This document shows, in pieces, positions 23,191-37,054 of a DNA stretch of 60,000 bases. The translations under genes and the position numbers were made by a program. Origin of the DNA: Malacoraja senta (Eukaryota). Under the pieces are notes generated by a model. The model saw only the letters and a program-made list of their open reading frames with translations. It was not told the DNA's origin and ran no database searches. The stretch spans positions 622,001-682,000 of the forward strand of contig CM075996.1 of NCBI GenBank assembly GCA_038087875.1. The letters are read 5' to 3'. Each line of letters opens with the position of its first letter. Position 1 is the first letter of the stretch.

Positions 23191-23766
23191 ATTCTGCAGT
23201 TCTATAGGGCCCTAGTGAGACCACACCTGGAGTATTGTGTGCAGTTTTGGTCCCCTAATTTGAGGAAGGACATTCTTGCTATTGAGGGAGTGCAGCGTGG
23301 GTTTACAAGGTTAATTCCCGGGATGGCGGGACTGTCATATGCTGAGAGAATGGAGGGCTGGGCTTGTATACTCTGGAGTTTCGAAGGATGAGAGGGGATC
23401 TTATTGAAACATATAAGATTATTAAGGGTTTGGACACGCTAGAGGCAGGAAACATGTTCCCGATGTTGGGGGAGTCCAGAACCACGGGCCACTGTTTAAG
23501 AATAAGGGGTAAGCCATTTAGAACGGAGACGAGGAAACATTTTTTCGCACAGAGAGTTGTGAGTCCGTGAAATTCTCTGCCTCAGAGGGCGGTGGAGGCC
23601 AGTTCTCTGGATACTTTCAAGAGAGAGCTAGATAGGGCTCTTAAAGATAGCGGAGTCAGGGGATATGGGGAGAAGGCAGGAACGGGGTACTGATTGGGGA
23701 TGATCAGCCATGATCACATTGAATGGCCCGAAGAGCCGAATGGCCTACTCCTGCACCTATTGTCTA
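23191..23766 (+). mobile_element. CR1 3' fragment
   Basis: [33 protein letters not shown] tail. Confidence 0.92.
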
Positions 23767-23834
23767 TAAAGATAGTCCGAGCGGCTCCAATGAGGTTGAT
23801 AGTAGTTCAGGGCTGCTCTCTAAATGTGGTAGGA

Positions 23835-24650
23835 TAGTTCAGTCGGGGTTCTTCTGTAAACTGATTGTGGTGTGGTGGCGAGAAGAAAGCTGGAAGACAG
23901 GAGGGGCAAGATGAAGTCTGGCAGATAGTAGGCGACCCAGGTGAGGAGGGTTATTTGATGGGCAGATGGTTGGACAAAGGCCAGAGATGAAAAGAATGAA
24001 GGTGTGAGACAAAAGCATTCAAGAGTCGCAAATTGTGAAGCTGGAGGAATGAAAATAGGTTCAATGGAGGGGAGAGGGGAGAAATAGGTGCATTCCAGGT
24101 GGGGGACAGGGGAGGGTAAGGGGGGAGGGAGAAGAAAGGGGTGTTATAAGGAGGAAACAGGGAGAGGAGGAAGGTCATGTAATTATCTAAAATTGGAGAA
24201 TTCAATGTTCATTCTGTTGGATTGCAAAGCCCCTGTCCCACTTAGGAGACCTAAACAGCAACCTCTGGTGACCTTGCCCGCCACCCAAAAAAAAAAATCA
24301 AGGTTGAGATGACCTGCGACCTCTTACCACCTCCCACACATATGTTGAAAACCTTCCTCAACTATGAAGAAAACCGGCTTCAACTAGACCTGCGACTAAA
24401 ACATGATCAATTTTTAAAACGGCAACCTATTTTTAGTCGAGGCCGGTTTTAATCATGATGAAAAAATAGCAGCAACCTAGATGAAGCCTCGACCACGCGG
24501 AAACCACTTTCGACTATTAGGGAGAGTGACCAAAACCTCCGGTGACCTCATGGAAACCTTGGGTGGCGGGCAAGGTCACCAGAGGTTGCTGTTCAGGTCT
24601 CCTAAGTGGGACAGGGGCTTAATAAGCTACCTAAGCAGAATATTATTGTA
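23835..24650 (-). mobile_element. PLE 3' region (host of MITE 24228-24619)
   Basis: AAATTGGAGAATTCAATGTTCAT is the same GIY-YIG C-terminal sequence as 30028-30050. Confidence 0.65.
24228..24619. mobile_element. Harbinger-type MITE
   Basis: ~60-bp inverted arms starting AGCCCCTGTCCCACTTAGG; flanks CAA/TAA. Confidence 0.85.
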
Positions 24651-25611
24651 TGTTTACAGGTCATTTAACATAATACATGTCCCAATGCCCTTCACAGGAG
24701 CATTACCAGTCTAACGTTTGACAAATAATAGTACAAATGGCCAAAGGATGACTCAAAGAGGTAGGTTTCATCTTAGGGAAGGAAAGAGGGGTGGAGAATT
24801 AGGATCCAAGGAGGAAATTCCAGACCTAAGGGTCCCAGAGCTAGCAGTGGTGAAAAGATTAAATTTGATGTGAGCAAATATTGGTAGAGTCCTCTCAGGA
24901 CTAGAGGAGGTTGCAGAGATAAAGAGGGGCAAGGCCATGAATGTATCGGGATGTGCACATTAAACAGTTAACTGATCAGGACCCATCACTGGGGAGATGG
25001 GGACTCCGAAGGTGTGAATTAGGCTACATGGCAACAAGATTGTGGATGAGCCTGAGGATAGGCCAAGGACAGGCAAATCTAGAGGAATCAAAGTTAGGAG
25101 TGAAGACTTCAGCAGGAGATGAGTTGAGGCGGGCGGGTGATCTGGCCATGTTAGGAAGATAGAAAGGGAAGAAGCACTTATGTGCCCTTGAGCTCATTTC
25201 AGGGCCAAATTTGATTCAAGGTTGTGAAGTGTCTAATTCCATTTTAAATAGTTGCTAGGGAGTGGGATGGAATAGATAGCAGTGCTGCAGTAACAATGCC
25301 ATCTGACGTGTTGTTACTGGATTTGGGAGACTCTTCCCAATTTTGAATTCTTATTTCCTCTGTTGCCAATTTACTCCCACCCATCATAACTCGAAGTATA
25401 TTATCAACTAGTGCCTCAAGATAGAAAGATTCCTTATTACACATGCCTTCTCTTCCTTCTTCACAGCCCCATCCAATCTGTACCTGTCTTTTGATATGCT
25501 AAGCCTTCTCTTTATCTGCCCCATGTTAATATGATAATGTCATCTGCCCAGTTTTATATTGTTTTCCTATGTAATCAGATCACGTTATAATTATAACTTT
25601 TAGTCACTGAA

Positions 25612-25905
25612 GGTTTACAGTACGGAAAAAGGCCCTTTGGGCCCACCGAGTCCGCACCAACCAGTGATCACCCCACACACTAACACTATCCTACACACAC
25701 CAGGGACAATTGACAATTATACCAAGCCAATTAGCCTACAAACCTGTACGTCTTTGAAGTACGGGAGGAAAAACCGGAACACCCGGAGAAAACCTACACA
25801 GGTCACAGGGAGACGTAAAAACTCCACACAGACAAGCACCTGTAGACAGGATCAAACCCGGGTCTCTGGCGCTGTGAGGTAGCAACTCTACCGCTGCACC
25901 ACCGT
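25612..25905 (-). mobile_element. HE1-like V-SINE
   Basis: A/B boxes, V-domain, tail. Confidence 0.85.
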
Positions 25906-26319
25906 CTTTGCAACTCTTCCACCCTTAAACTCAGCTGAGTCCAATACTGTGGGATTTTGTCCTCTATGTAACTTTTCTGTTAGTTTCTGTGTGTGATATG
26001 CACCTAATACATCTCCAGTCAAAGAGTAAGAGACATTTAAGACTGATGTGTTAAGGTGAAGTGAGACAGAGGAAAGATGATAACTGGACTGGAGCCATAT
26101 TGAAGCCACACCAGCTGTTCCAATGTTATACTTCTGTATACATTCTCATGTTCGTATTTATAATGAAAACTGCCTGAGTTAATCTGTATCATTGTAATTA
26201 TATGAGTAGGTGAGTTGCATCGCCTCAACTGGTAATAAGCTGTCATTACAGTGTGGTTGATTGGATGTTTCAGATTACATTTTGGCATGACATCTTTCTG
26301 ATTTGTCATTTCTTATGAA

Positions 26320-27050
26320 TGGGGTGGCACAGTGGCGCAGCGGTAGAGTTGCTGCCTTATAGCACCATAGACCCGAGTTTGATTCTGACTACAGGTGCCG
26401 TCTGTACGGAGTTTGTACATTCTTCCTGTGACCACGTGGGTTTTCTCCGGGTGCTCCGGTTTCCTCCCATACTCCAAAGACATATAGGTTTGCAGGTTAA
26501 TTGGCTGTAAATTGTAAATTGTCCCTCATGTGTAGGATAGTGCTAGTGTGTGGGGGGGATCGCTGGTCAATAAACAATAGACAATAGACAATAGGTGCAG
26601 GAGTAGGCCATTCGGCCCTTTGAGCCAGCACTGCCATTCACTGTGATCATGGCTGATCATCCACAATCAGTACCCCGTTCCTGCCTTCTCCTCATATCCC
26701 TTTACTCCGCTATCCTTAAGAGCTCTATCTAACTCTCTTGAAAGCATCCAGAGAATTGGCCCCCACTACCTTCTGAGGCAGAGAATTCCACAGATTCACA
26801 ACTCTCTGGGTGAAAAAGTTTCTCCTCATCTCCGTTCTAAATGGCTTACCCCTTATTCTTAAACTGTGGCCCCTGGTTCTGGACTCCCCCAACATCGGGA
26901 ACATGTTTCCTGCCTCTAGCGTGTCCAAACCCTTAATAATCTTATATGTTTCAATAAGATCACCTCTCATCCTTCTAATTCCAGTGTATACAAGTGTACT
27001 CGATGAGCCTTCGGGCCTATTTCTACAGTGTATCTCTAAAGTCTAAAGTC
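26320..27050 (+). mobile_element. V-SINE interrupted by an antisense CR1 3' end (~26570-26995)
   Basis: SINE head and V-domain, (CAATAGA)n CR1 tail on minus, SINE tail resumes at ~26996. Confidence 0.85.
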
Positions 27051-27245
27051 TTAAAGACAAAGAAGTAGGCTGTTCAGCTGATTGAAATTATACTGGATCT
27101 CAGAGAAGTTCCATTAATTTCATTCATTTCCATGCAACCTATTGCCTCACATACCATTTAATTCCCCTGATTTTCGTGCCACTAACTCACTCCAGGGATA
27201 ATTTGTTTTAACAATCCAACCGAACAAACAGCATGATTAACGAGA

Positions 27246-27660
27246 ATATTGCCAGGACTTAAAGGAGAGGTTGGGCAGGCTAGGTGTGCAAAATGCTGAG
27301 GGGTGATCTTACAGAGGTGTATAAAATCATGAGTGGGAAAGATAGGGTGAATGCACAGAGTCTTTTAACTAGGGGTAGGGGAAATCAAGAATCAGTGAAC
27401 GCATGTTTAGGGTGAGACGGGAGGATTTAATAGGAACCCGAGAGGCAATACTTTTACAGTGGGTGGTGGGTATATGGGATAAGCTGCCAGAGGAGGTAGT
27501 TGAGGCAGGTACAATAATGATAGTTAAAAGGCATTTGGACAGGTACATGGATAGGAAAGGTTTCGAGGTATATGGGCCAAATACAGGTGGGTGGGAGTAG
27601 CGTAGATGGTGTATCTTGGCCAGCAAGTTGGACCCAAGAGCCTGTTTGCTGTCTGACTCT
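27246..27660 (+). mobile_element. Diverged CR1 3' fragment
   Basis: WDKLPEEVVEAGTI..KRHLDRYMDRKG. Confidence 0.8.
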
Positions 27661-28618
27661 ATGAGACTCTGAAGGGGACACTATACCGTCACAAGGAGAA
27701 TATGCAAGAGGACAAGTTGAAACTCAAATTTGAGGTGAGGATCAAACCGAGGATGCTCGAGATTTGAGGCATCAGCACCATCTGCGGCACCACCGTGCTG
27801 CCATGTATCTTCTTTTTGGTATGGAGATGGACATTTATAATGGAGAAGAGTGGCAGGAACAAAACAAATATATGCTGGATGTATTATTTCAACAGTTGTA
27901 GGATAAGAGGGTGTTGGCATCATAGAAGACTTGGCTGACTATATTGACCATGAACATGGATATGGATTACTATTTTATGCCATCACAAGGCTTTTTTCTG
28001 TTCTGAATGTTTCTAAGTTATTTGTTGGCTTGTACACATCCAGTTGTTGATGCCTGTGGGTGAACAAAACAAAATTGATTCATTGGCAACGTAAGGCCTG
28101 GGTTAAGTTACAGTGAAAGAATCATTTTACAATACTATACAGCCATTGAAAACAACATGAATGAAGAACTAGACCAAGTGAAATGACACTTTTAGAGCAA
28201 TGAAAGGCTATTAGTGTTGGCCCTCAAAATTTTGAGAGGAATTTGTAAGGTGGAGGTATAGGGAGCTGCGTTATCCCATGGCTGTGGAGTCTTGAACCAG
28301 GGACAGTGGTGGTCTTAGATACGGGATGGGATATTGCAGGTCAAGATAACATAGAACAGTGCAGCTCAGGAACAAGCCCTTTGGCTCACAATGTCTGTGC
28401 CGAACATGATGCCAAGATATATTAAAATGATCTGTCTGCACATGATCCATATCCCTCCATTCCCTGCAAGTCCACGTGAAGAGAGCACAAAGATGACATT
28501 TCTTCATGAAGTGAAACAAAAATCTTTGGAATCCAAACCAGAAGCCCTGGATATCCAACATCGAGTGCAGTCAGAAACGATGCATTTTTGGGCTTTAATG
28601 AACTCAAAGCACATGGGG

Positions 28619-28800
28619 ACACAAAAATGCTGGAGAAACACAGCGGGTGCAGCAGCATCCATGGAGCGAAGGAAATAGGCAACGTCTCGGCCCGAAAAAC
28701 GTTGCCTATTTCCTTCGCTCCATAGATGCTGCTGCACCCGCTGAGTTTCTCCAGCATTTTTGTGTATCTGGGATTTTCCAGCATCTGCAGATCCTTCTTA
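28619..28800. mobile_element. Hairpin-shaped PLE end insertion
   Basis: Inverted arms; 19-bp duplication AACTCAAAGCACATGGGGA. Confidence 0.85.
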
Positions 28801-29792
28801 AACTCAAAGCACATGGGGAATGGGTAAGGGAGTGGACCAGATGAAGGGTCAGTGATGATCTTATTAAATGGAGCAGGCTCAGGGGGTGAAATAGTTACTC
28901 CTGCTTTGATTTATTTTGTTCATGCTCTCACCGGAGGAAGGAATGAGGGAAATATAATCCACGTCTAATTAAACAGCTGCTACACTGAACACATTAGATG
29001 CTGAAACTGCCCTTTGTGAGTGTGAGCTCTCACGTCCAGACTGGCAGCAACATTGCTAACTTGCGTTTCCACTGGGAGCATCACCTTGTGAATACTGATC
29101 CTGGCCAACGTACTGCAGTTCCTTATCCATCAACTCCCTGTCAAGAGTGAAAATCAAGGAAATCACCCTTTTTTGTGCCAAGGAATACTGGTGAAACTGC
29201 TTAGAATTTCCTCCAAAAATAATTCATACTTCGCACTGGACATAGAAGGAGGCCATTTGGCCCATTAAGTCTGTGTCAGCTCTCAGAGCAATCCTATCTT
29301 TCCTATTGTGTAGGAAGGAACTGCAGATGCTGCTTTATAATGAAGATAGACTCAAAGTGCTGGATTAACTCAGTGGGTCAAGCAGCATCTCTGGAGAAAA
29401 AAAGATGGTTGATATTTCAAATCTGAAGAAGTGTTCCAATCCGAAACGTCACCTATCTTTTTTCTCCAGGGATGCTGCTGAGTTACTCCAGCACTTGGTG
29501 TCTATCTTTCCTATTCTTCACATTTGTCTGAAATCTATTCTCCCTCATGTTCCCATTGACACTCCCCCTGATTCTAATACCAGCCATTGGGCATATTTTA
29601 CAGTGGAGAATTAATTTACTAACCAGCACATTTTTGGGATGTAGGAGGAAACCAGAGCACCAGGGAAAACCACATAGTCACAGGATGAACATACAAAGTG
29701 AACACAAAGAGAACTGGAGATCAGGATCAAACCTGGGTTGCTGGAGTTGTGAAGCAGCTGCAATAACTCCAAAGTCACTCTGCTACCCATTA

Positions 29793-30670
29793 GTTTAAGA
29801 AGGAACCGCAGATGCTGGACAATCGAAGGTAGACAAAAATGCTGGAGAAACTCAGCGGGTGAGGCAGAATCTATGGAGCGAAGGAAATAGGCAACTTTTC
29901 GGGCCGAAAACCTTCTTCGGACTGATGTAGGGTGGGGGGGGGCAGGGAGAAGAAAGGAGAAAGGAAGAGGAGGAGCCTGAGGGCTGAGGGAGAGCTGAGA
30001 AGGGGAGGAGACAGCAAGGGCTACCAGAAATTGGAGAATTCAATGTTCATGCCGCTAGGGTGCAAACTGCCCAAGTGGAATATGAGGTGCTGCTCCTCCA
30101 ATTTCCAGTGGTGCTCACTCTGGCCATGGAAGAGGCCCAGGACAGAAAGGTCAGATTCGGAATGGGAGGGAGAGTTGAAGTGCTGAGCCACAGGGAGATC
30201 AGGTTGGTTAATGCGGACCGAGCGGAGGTGTTCGGCGAAACGATCGCCAAGCCTACGCTTGGTCTCACCGATGTAGATCAGCTGACATCTAGAGCAGCGG
30301 ATGCAATAGATGAGGTTGGAGGTGGTGCAGGTGAACCTCTGACGCACCTGGAACGACTGCTTGGGTCCTTGAATGGAGTCGCGGGGGAGGTAAAGCGACA
30401 AGTGTAGCATCTCTTGCAGTTGAAAGGGAAAGTGCCCGGGGAGGGGGTGGTGCGGGAGGGAAGGGAAGGATTGACCAGGGAGTTACGGAGGGAGCGGACT
30501 TTGCGGAAAGCTGACAGGGGGGGAGATGGGAAGATGTGGCGAGTGGTGGGGTCACGTTGAAGGTGGCGAAAATGACGGAGGACTATTTGTTGTATGTGAC
30601 GGCTAGTGGGGTGAAAGGTGAGGACTAGGGGGACTCTGCCCTTGTTGCAAGTGGGGGGAATGGGGAGAGA
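29793..30670 (-). mobile_element. Penelope-like element, 5'-truncated, GIY-YIG endonuclease remnant (frameshifted)
   Basis: RVPLVLTFHP..; FTCTTSNLIYCIRCSRCQLIYIGETKRRLGDRFAEH..PVAQHFN..GMN; followed by the terminal repeat motif. Confidence 0.93.
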
Positions 30671-30779
30671 GACACCTAGGCTTACACATGAAGACAAGGT
30701 TGCCACGCTATGAGCTTCCGGAGGTCTGTTAGACAATAACAAAACAAATGGATGCAACTTGTGAGAGCAACGTCGAACC

Positions 30780-31360
30780 AAATCTCAGCCCTAATATGAA
30801 ACCACAAACCCCATTGCGCCTAAATGCTAAATCACATCCTAAATTTTAAAAATATATCCCATCTAATAATACTGAGTACCAATCATAAAATTAAAGACTA
30901 ACCAATTACCACAAAATTAATCCTAAACAAATCCTAACTACTAATTATAAAATTAATCTCCCTACTAATTATTTATCTCTCATCCTAAATTGTAAACGTA
31001 ATCCTAAACTAACATAATCTTGAACTCTAACATCATCCAAAAAATATTAACGACTAATCCTAACCACCAAATCAATAACCGTAACATTAAAGGTAGACAC
31101 AAAATGCTGGAGTAACTCAGCATGACAGGGCAGCATCACTGGAGAGAAGGAATGGGTGACGGTTTGGGTCTTCTTCAGAATTAAACCTGACCATCAAGTC
31201 GAATTAATAATTCTAACCACGTAGACTACATTGCAAACTACTAATCATTATTTAACCTAATTACTAACCAACCTTAATCATCCCCTAAATCTAAAGTCTA
31301 AGCCCAAACACAAAATCTAAACCATGACCCTTGTCATTATCCTAACCATTAACCCTCATC
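30780..31360 (+). repeat. Degenerate AT-rich (CCTAA/CTAACC-like) low-complexity tract
   Basis: Recurring CCTAA, TAACC motifs; PLE end nested at ~31090-31180. Confidence 0.6.
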
Positions 31361-31754
31361 ACTTTGCTTCTTTGTGGCAACTGGCCAGATGGCTGATTGA
31401 GTGAACATACTGCATAATGTTGCAGTGATCTGTGAAGCCCTGAAATACCCTGGTAATGTCATTGAGTTAAGCCAAATACAACCAGATTCAGGGTCTGTTT
31501 GTTGTTAATGATTGTAGACAAAAGTGCTAGAGTAACTCAGCGGGTGAGGCAGCATCTATGGAGCGAAGGAAATAGGCAACGTTTCGGGCCAAAACCCTTC
31601 TTCAGGCACCCTTCTTCATTGTTAATGATTGCTGTCCAGTGACTTCTCTTGCAAAGCGCATATTTAAGTGTTAAATTGCCTGCCCATGAAGCGTTGCCAT
31701 AAAGAACAAAAGCAGACTACCCGCACCCTATGTCATTCACCACCTGCACCAGTA

Positions 31755-32480
31755 GTATCGATGGAGCACACTGCACTGTCTGAAGAGCAGTATTAACACA
31801 ACACAGTTCTAGCTGAGAGGCAGTACCGAGGGAATGCAACACTGCCAGGAGGGCAGTACCGATGGAAAGCTGCACTGTTAGGGGGCAAAGTTGATAGAAT
31901 GCAGCACTGATAGAGGGTAATACTGATGGAACCCAGTACTGTTGGAGAGGCAAGGCTGATGGAATGTAGCACTGGTTTTTTTTTCTTCCTTTTTTATCAA
32001 AGAATTTATTCAATTATTAAAAAATAATATTTACTCTTCAATAAAGCAAGCCAGAACCCACCACCATAATACAATACAAACATATATCCATAATAAACTA
32101 CTGTACAACTATGTTACAATTCTTATTGAGGATACATTCAACACCCTGCGGAGCCCAGAGGTCCCGGAACTCCCTCAGTGTGCCCATGTGTCGCACTGTG
32201 GGAGGGGCAGTACTGATGAGATGCAGTACCTTTGGAGGGGCAGTACTGATGGGATGCAGTACCTTTGGAGGGGCAGTACTGATGGAACTTAGCACTGTTA
32301 AGAGGCAAGATTGATGGAATGCAGTACGGATGGTGGAGCAATACTGATGGAACAGCTCTATCGGGGCAGTAGTGAGAAATCACTGCATGTTGGAGGGGCA
32401 GTAGTGATGAAACACATCTCTGTCAGAGGGGTAGTACTAAGGATGCACTACACTTTCAGAGGAGTGGCATTGGAGGAAGT
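31755..32480 (+). repeat. Degenerate copy of the ~32-bp DeuSINE-derived minisatellite
   Basis: Repeated GGAGGGGCAGTACTGATGG..GCACTGT units. Confidence 0.75.
31975..32188 (-). mobile_element. Tx1-clade LINE 3' end with poly(A)
   Basis: Minus-strand MGTLREFRDLWAPQGVECIL resembles the Tx1 ORF2 C-terminus; AATAAA and A-tail; flanks TGTAGCACTG/TGTCGCACTG. Confidence 0.65.
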
Positions 32481-32899
32481 GCCTGTGAGGAATGGCATGG
32501 GGCCCCTTTCAAATTGGAAATGGTGCACTGATGGAAGGAGACAGACTGCGAGCTCATTAGTTCTGGAAAAGGGAAATTAATTTGTTTTTTTGGCACGAAT
32601 TATCATTCTTGGGACTGAACATTTGCTTTAAATCCTGATGATGGTCATGAAGATGTTCTGCTCTTGACAGGCATTGCATCTCTGACAGAGGATATACCAC
32701 CATGTCCTTGGAATAGACATTAATTTACAAGGTGCACTTGAGTGCCAGGACACATTGACAGAATCATACGTACTACACTCCAGAGGATTCAAGACAGATC
32801 TTTTTTATTTCCTCTTGAAACTCACTGACTGGAAATGCTCTAATTTGAGATCAAAGGTGTCTGGAGTGAAAGTGGTGTGCAGAGTGAGAACAAGTCCAG

Positions 32900-33230
32900 G
32901 GAACAGTGGCAGGGGAGAGGGGGCGAAGGTGAGGGGTTGGAGGGGGGTGGGTGTGAGTCTCTGCTGGTTGGTGCAGAAAGTAGAAAAATAAGACTAATTT
33001 GTAATGTACAAAGAGCAGCCACCAACTTGCACAAATCAAGTCCAACAAAGGGAACTGTACCTTTTCATTCCTCCAGTTTCCTCTCCCCTGACTCTCAGTC
33101 TGAAGAAGGGTCTCGACCCGAAACATCACCTATTCCGTTTCTCCAGAGATGCTGCCTGACCCACTGAGTTTCTCCAGCATTTTGTGTCTATCTTTGGTGT
33201 AAACCAGCATCTGCAGTTCCTTCTTACAAA
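32900..33230 (+). mobile_element. PLE 3' end with hammerhead-like core at 33100
   Basis: CTGAAGAAGGGTCTCGACCCGAAACATCACC then terminal motif. Confidence 0.65.
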
Positions 33231-33429
33231 TTCTGATCATGAACAGGTAATCTGTTTTTGTGATGTTGGCCGAAAAATACTAACAAAAGGATGGAGTCCC
33301 CTTGGTTTAGTTGGATTGATGCTTCTCAAGTCAAGTCAAGTCAAGAGAGTTTATTGTCATGTGTCCCAGATAGGACAATGAAATTCACAATGTGGAACTA
33401 CTGTACCTCTCACAACACTGCTGCTGCAA

Positions 33430-35040
33430 CAATGCAATAGTAATGAAGATGTGTACAGAAGTTCTATACACAGAAGGTGGTGGGCGTCTGGTGGTGGAAG
33501 CAGATTGCAACACTCCACCAGAAATGCTGGTGCAACTGTGTAAAACTCCATCGAAACAGATACTGCATGTCACCGAATAATCTACAGCAAACTCCGACAG
33601 ATGCATTGCAGTAAGTATCTTGACTGGTTGCATTATGGTTTTGTACGGCAATTTAAACACACAGGAAGGCAAGAGGGTGTAGAGGGTGGTGGACTCAGCT
33701 TGGTCCATCATCGGGCCAGCTCTGCCTCTAGTGGGCAACATCCATCATCCTCACCATCTGGGCCGTGCCTTTTTGTCTTGCTGCTACTGTCCAACATGAG
33801 GTATAGAAGTGTTCAGGTTCAGGTTCAGGAACAGCTATTTTCCTACAACTGTGAGGAGGATGCTATGAGAATGCAGGGTGACCTGGACAGGTTGGGGGAG
33901 TGGGCAGATGCATGGCAGATGAAGTTTAATGTGGATAAATGTGAGGTTATCCACTTTGTATCTAAAACAGGAAGGCAGATTACTATCTAAATGGCGTCAA
34001 GTTGGGAAAAGGGGAAGTACAACGGGATCTGGGGTTCCTTGTTCATCAGTCTATGAAAGTAAGCATGCAGGTACAGCAGGCAGTGAAGAAAGCGAAAGGC
34101 ATGTTGGCCTTTATAACAAGAGGAGTCGAGTATAGGAGCAAAGAGATCCTTCTGCAATTGTACAGAGCCCAGGTGAGACCACACCTGGAGTATTGTGTGC
34201 AGTTTTGGTCCCCTAATTTGAGGAAGGACATTCTTGCTATTGAGGGAGTGCAGCGTAGGTTTACAAGGTTAATTCCCAGGATGGCGGAACTGTCATATGC
34301 TTAGAGAATGGAGCAGCTGGGCTTGTACACTCTGGAGTTTAGAAGGATGAGAGGATATCTTATTGAAACATATAAGATTGTTAAGGGTTTGGACATGCTA
34401 GAGGCAGGAAACATGTTCCCGATGTTGGGGGAGCCCAGAACCAGGGGCCACAGTTTAAGATTAAGGGGTAAGCCATTTAGAACGGAGACGAGGAAACATT
34501 TTTTCTCACAGAGAGTTGCGAGTCTGTGGAATTCTCTGCCTCAGAGGGCGGTGGAGGCCGGTTCTCTGGATACTTTCAAGAGAGAGCTAGATAGGGCTCT
34601 TAAAGATAGCGGAGTCAGGGGATATGGGGAGAAGGCAGGAACGGGGTACTGATTGGGGATGATCAGCCATGATCACATTGAATGGCGGTGCTGGCTCGAA
34701 GGGCCGAATGGCCTTCTCCTGTACCTATTGTCTATTGTCTATCAAATACTAATCACTATCAAGTATCAATTGCACAACCCATATCCTACCTTAGCAATGG
34801 AACAATATGGACCACTTCTTATACTGTCGTGGACCTCTTTCTTTCTGATTGTGTTGTGTACAGTATTTTCTTCTTTGAACTGTCTTGCGGGGTTTATGTT
34901 TAATTTTTTTAAGTATGCATAATTTATGTTTATTTGTACATTATCCGAGTATATGTGCTTGTGATGCTGCTGTAAGCAAGGATTTCAATGGAGCTATACC
35001 CCAGCATACATGTGCATATGACAATAAACACAACTTTGAT
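33430..35040 (+). mobile_element. Degenerate Rex1/Babar LINE 3' part (host of CR1 33845-34742)
   Basis: SILTGCIMVLYGN..RVVDSA-like and RYRS motifs; tail CATATGACAATAAA. Confidence 0.6.
33845..34742 (+). mobile_element. CR1 RT 3' fragment
   Basis: [38 protein letters not shown]; (CTATTGT)n tail. Confidence 0.93.
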
Positions 35041-35509
35041 GACTCAATCAGTACTGTTGCTCCAAGACCCCTGAATTCATCAGTACCACCTCTCCAATAG
35101 TGCAGTATTCTCTCAGATCAGCCCTTCGAACACTACATAACTCCCTCAGTACTGTCTCTGATAATGCTGCCCACTTTCAGTTACTATCTTTCCCACAATG
35201 GTGGAGGCCACGTCATTGGGCATGGAGGTTGAGGCCAAGTCACTGGGCATTTTTTAAGCGGAGATTGATAGCTTCTTGATTAGTAAGGGTGTCAAAGGCT
35301 ATGGCGAGAAAGCAGGAGAATATGTTTTAGAGGGGACAAGTAGATCAGCCATGATTGAATGGTGGAGCTGACTCGATGATCCAAATGGCATCATTGTGTT
35401 ACTATGTCTTATGGTCTTATCCCTACCAACCTCCCACAGAGCAGTAATCTTTCAGTAGCAGTACTCTCACAGAACAGTGTTGCCTCAGTAGCAATCCTCC
35501 AACAGTGCA

Positions 35510-35640
35510 GTGTTCTTGGGGCTGCTCCTTGCCTTCTGGCTGCACTTCTCACCCACCATCCTCATCTTCGGACACCCTGTGCGTCGGGGAGAGGGTAGGG
35601 CCGAGGATGTCCTGGTTGGGTTGCTCCTGTGCCTGCCATT
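35510..35640 (+). mobile_element. Tx1-clade LINE ORF2 fragment
   Basis: Translates FLGLLLAFWLHFSPTILIFGHPVRRGEGRAEDVLVGLLL, resembling Tx1-like ORF2 C-terminal region (recall). Confidence 0.6.
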
Positions 35641-37054
35641 TTCTCGGATGATCTCAGTTGTGGAGTTACGAATGCTCATGGCATAGAAAGAGGCCATTTG
35701 GCCCAACTGGGCCTATTTGCCTACGGATGAGAAATGTTCAGTATTATTTCTCCACAACTTCTCCAGAAAAGAAACAGCCTACACTGCTTTCAAGACCTCG
35801 GCAGCATTCAGACGAGGGCTGATAAATGGCAAGTAAGATTCTTGCCACAAGGTTCTCAGACAATGACATCTCTGACAAGAGGGAGCTTAACCACCTATCC
35901 ATGAAACACAATGGGTTACCATCAATCAGACCCCCACCATCAACATTCAGGTGATCACCGTTGACCAGAAATCAATTAAACCTGGTCACATACTGTAGCT
36001 GCACTGTGACCATCTACGAAATGCACTGAACTTACTTGCTGAGCCTACTCCCACTTGAGACCTCCCAAACTTGACACCTGTATGATTAAGGACAGTTTAG
36101 TTTAATGCCATGTGCACCGAGGTACAGTGAAAAGCTTTTGTTGCGTCCTAACCGGTCGACGGAAAAACAATACATGATTATTTTTCTGAAGAAGGGGTCT
36201 CGACCCGAAACGTCACCCATTCTGTCTCTTCAGAGATGCTACCTGTCCTGCTGAGTTAATCCAGCATTTTGTGTCTATCTTTGATGTAAGCCAGCATCTG
36301 CAGTTCTTTCCTTCACATGTCAAGTCAAGTCACTTTTATCTATATAGCACATTTAAAAAACAACTCTCGTTGGCCAAAGTGCTTTACATTGGTGGAGGTA
36401 CTAACGTTATACAACATGATTATTATTACTGATCAGGGACTGCAGGTACATTCAAATACCATAAACTGCAGGCACCTCACCAAGTCACACATCATCCTGA
36501 CTCGGAAATATATTGTCCGTCCTTCATTGCTCCCTACCCACAAGTGCCATGGGACAGAATTCCTCAATGGTAATCTCACCATCACCTTCTCAAAAAGATG
36601 GCCATTAAATAATAGCCGCCAGCAATAATCAGATCCCCAAAAATATATATATATATAAAGCAATAGGTAACGATTTATTGTTCCATAACAAGTGTGTTAT
36701 ATCACACCAAGCCACATAAGAATAAATTAGCACCAAATGTTTAGTGTAAGATGCAGTTTTTAAGGAATGATTTAAAGGAGGAAAGGGAGGGAGAGCCAGA
36801 AATGCAGAGATTTAAGAAGGGATTCCAGGGTTTGGGGGCACTGACAGCTATTGGGTGAAGCTATTAAATTCAAGGATGATCAACAGGCCAGAACTGGAGC
36901 ACATAAAGATCTGAAGATTATAGGACTAAAAGAAGTTACCAAAACATAGTGGGATCAGGCCATGGATAGGAAGTTGACAACAAGGATGAAAAACTGATGT
37001 CAAGTTATTACTGGACTGGGAACGTGTATAGTGGGTGCTGATGAATGGCACTAA

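Noticed and set aside
30780..31360. Interstitial telomere
   Set aside because: Too degenerate, with no run of perfect CCCTAA; the similar CCTAACCCTAAC at ~53755 is also very short
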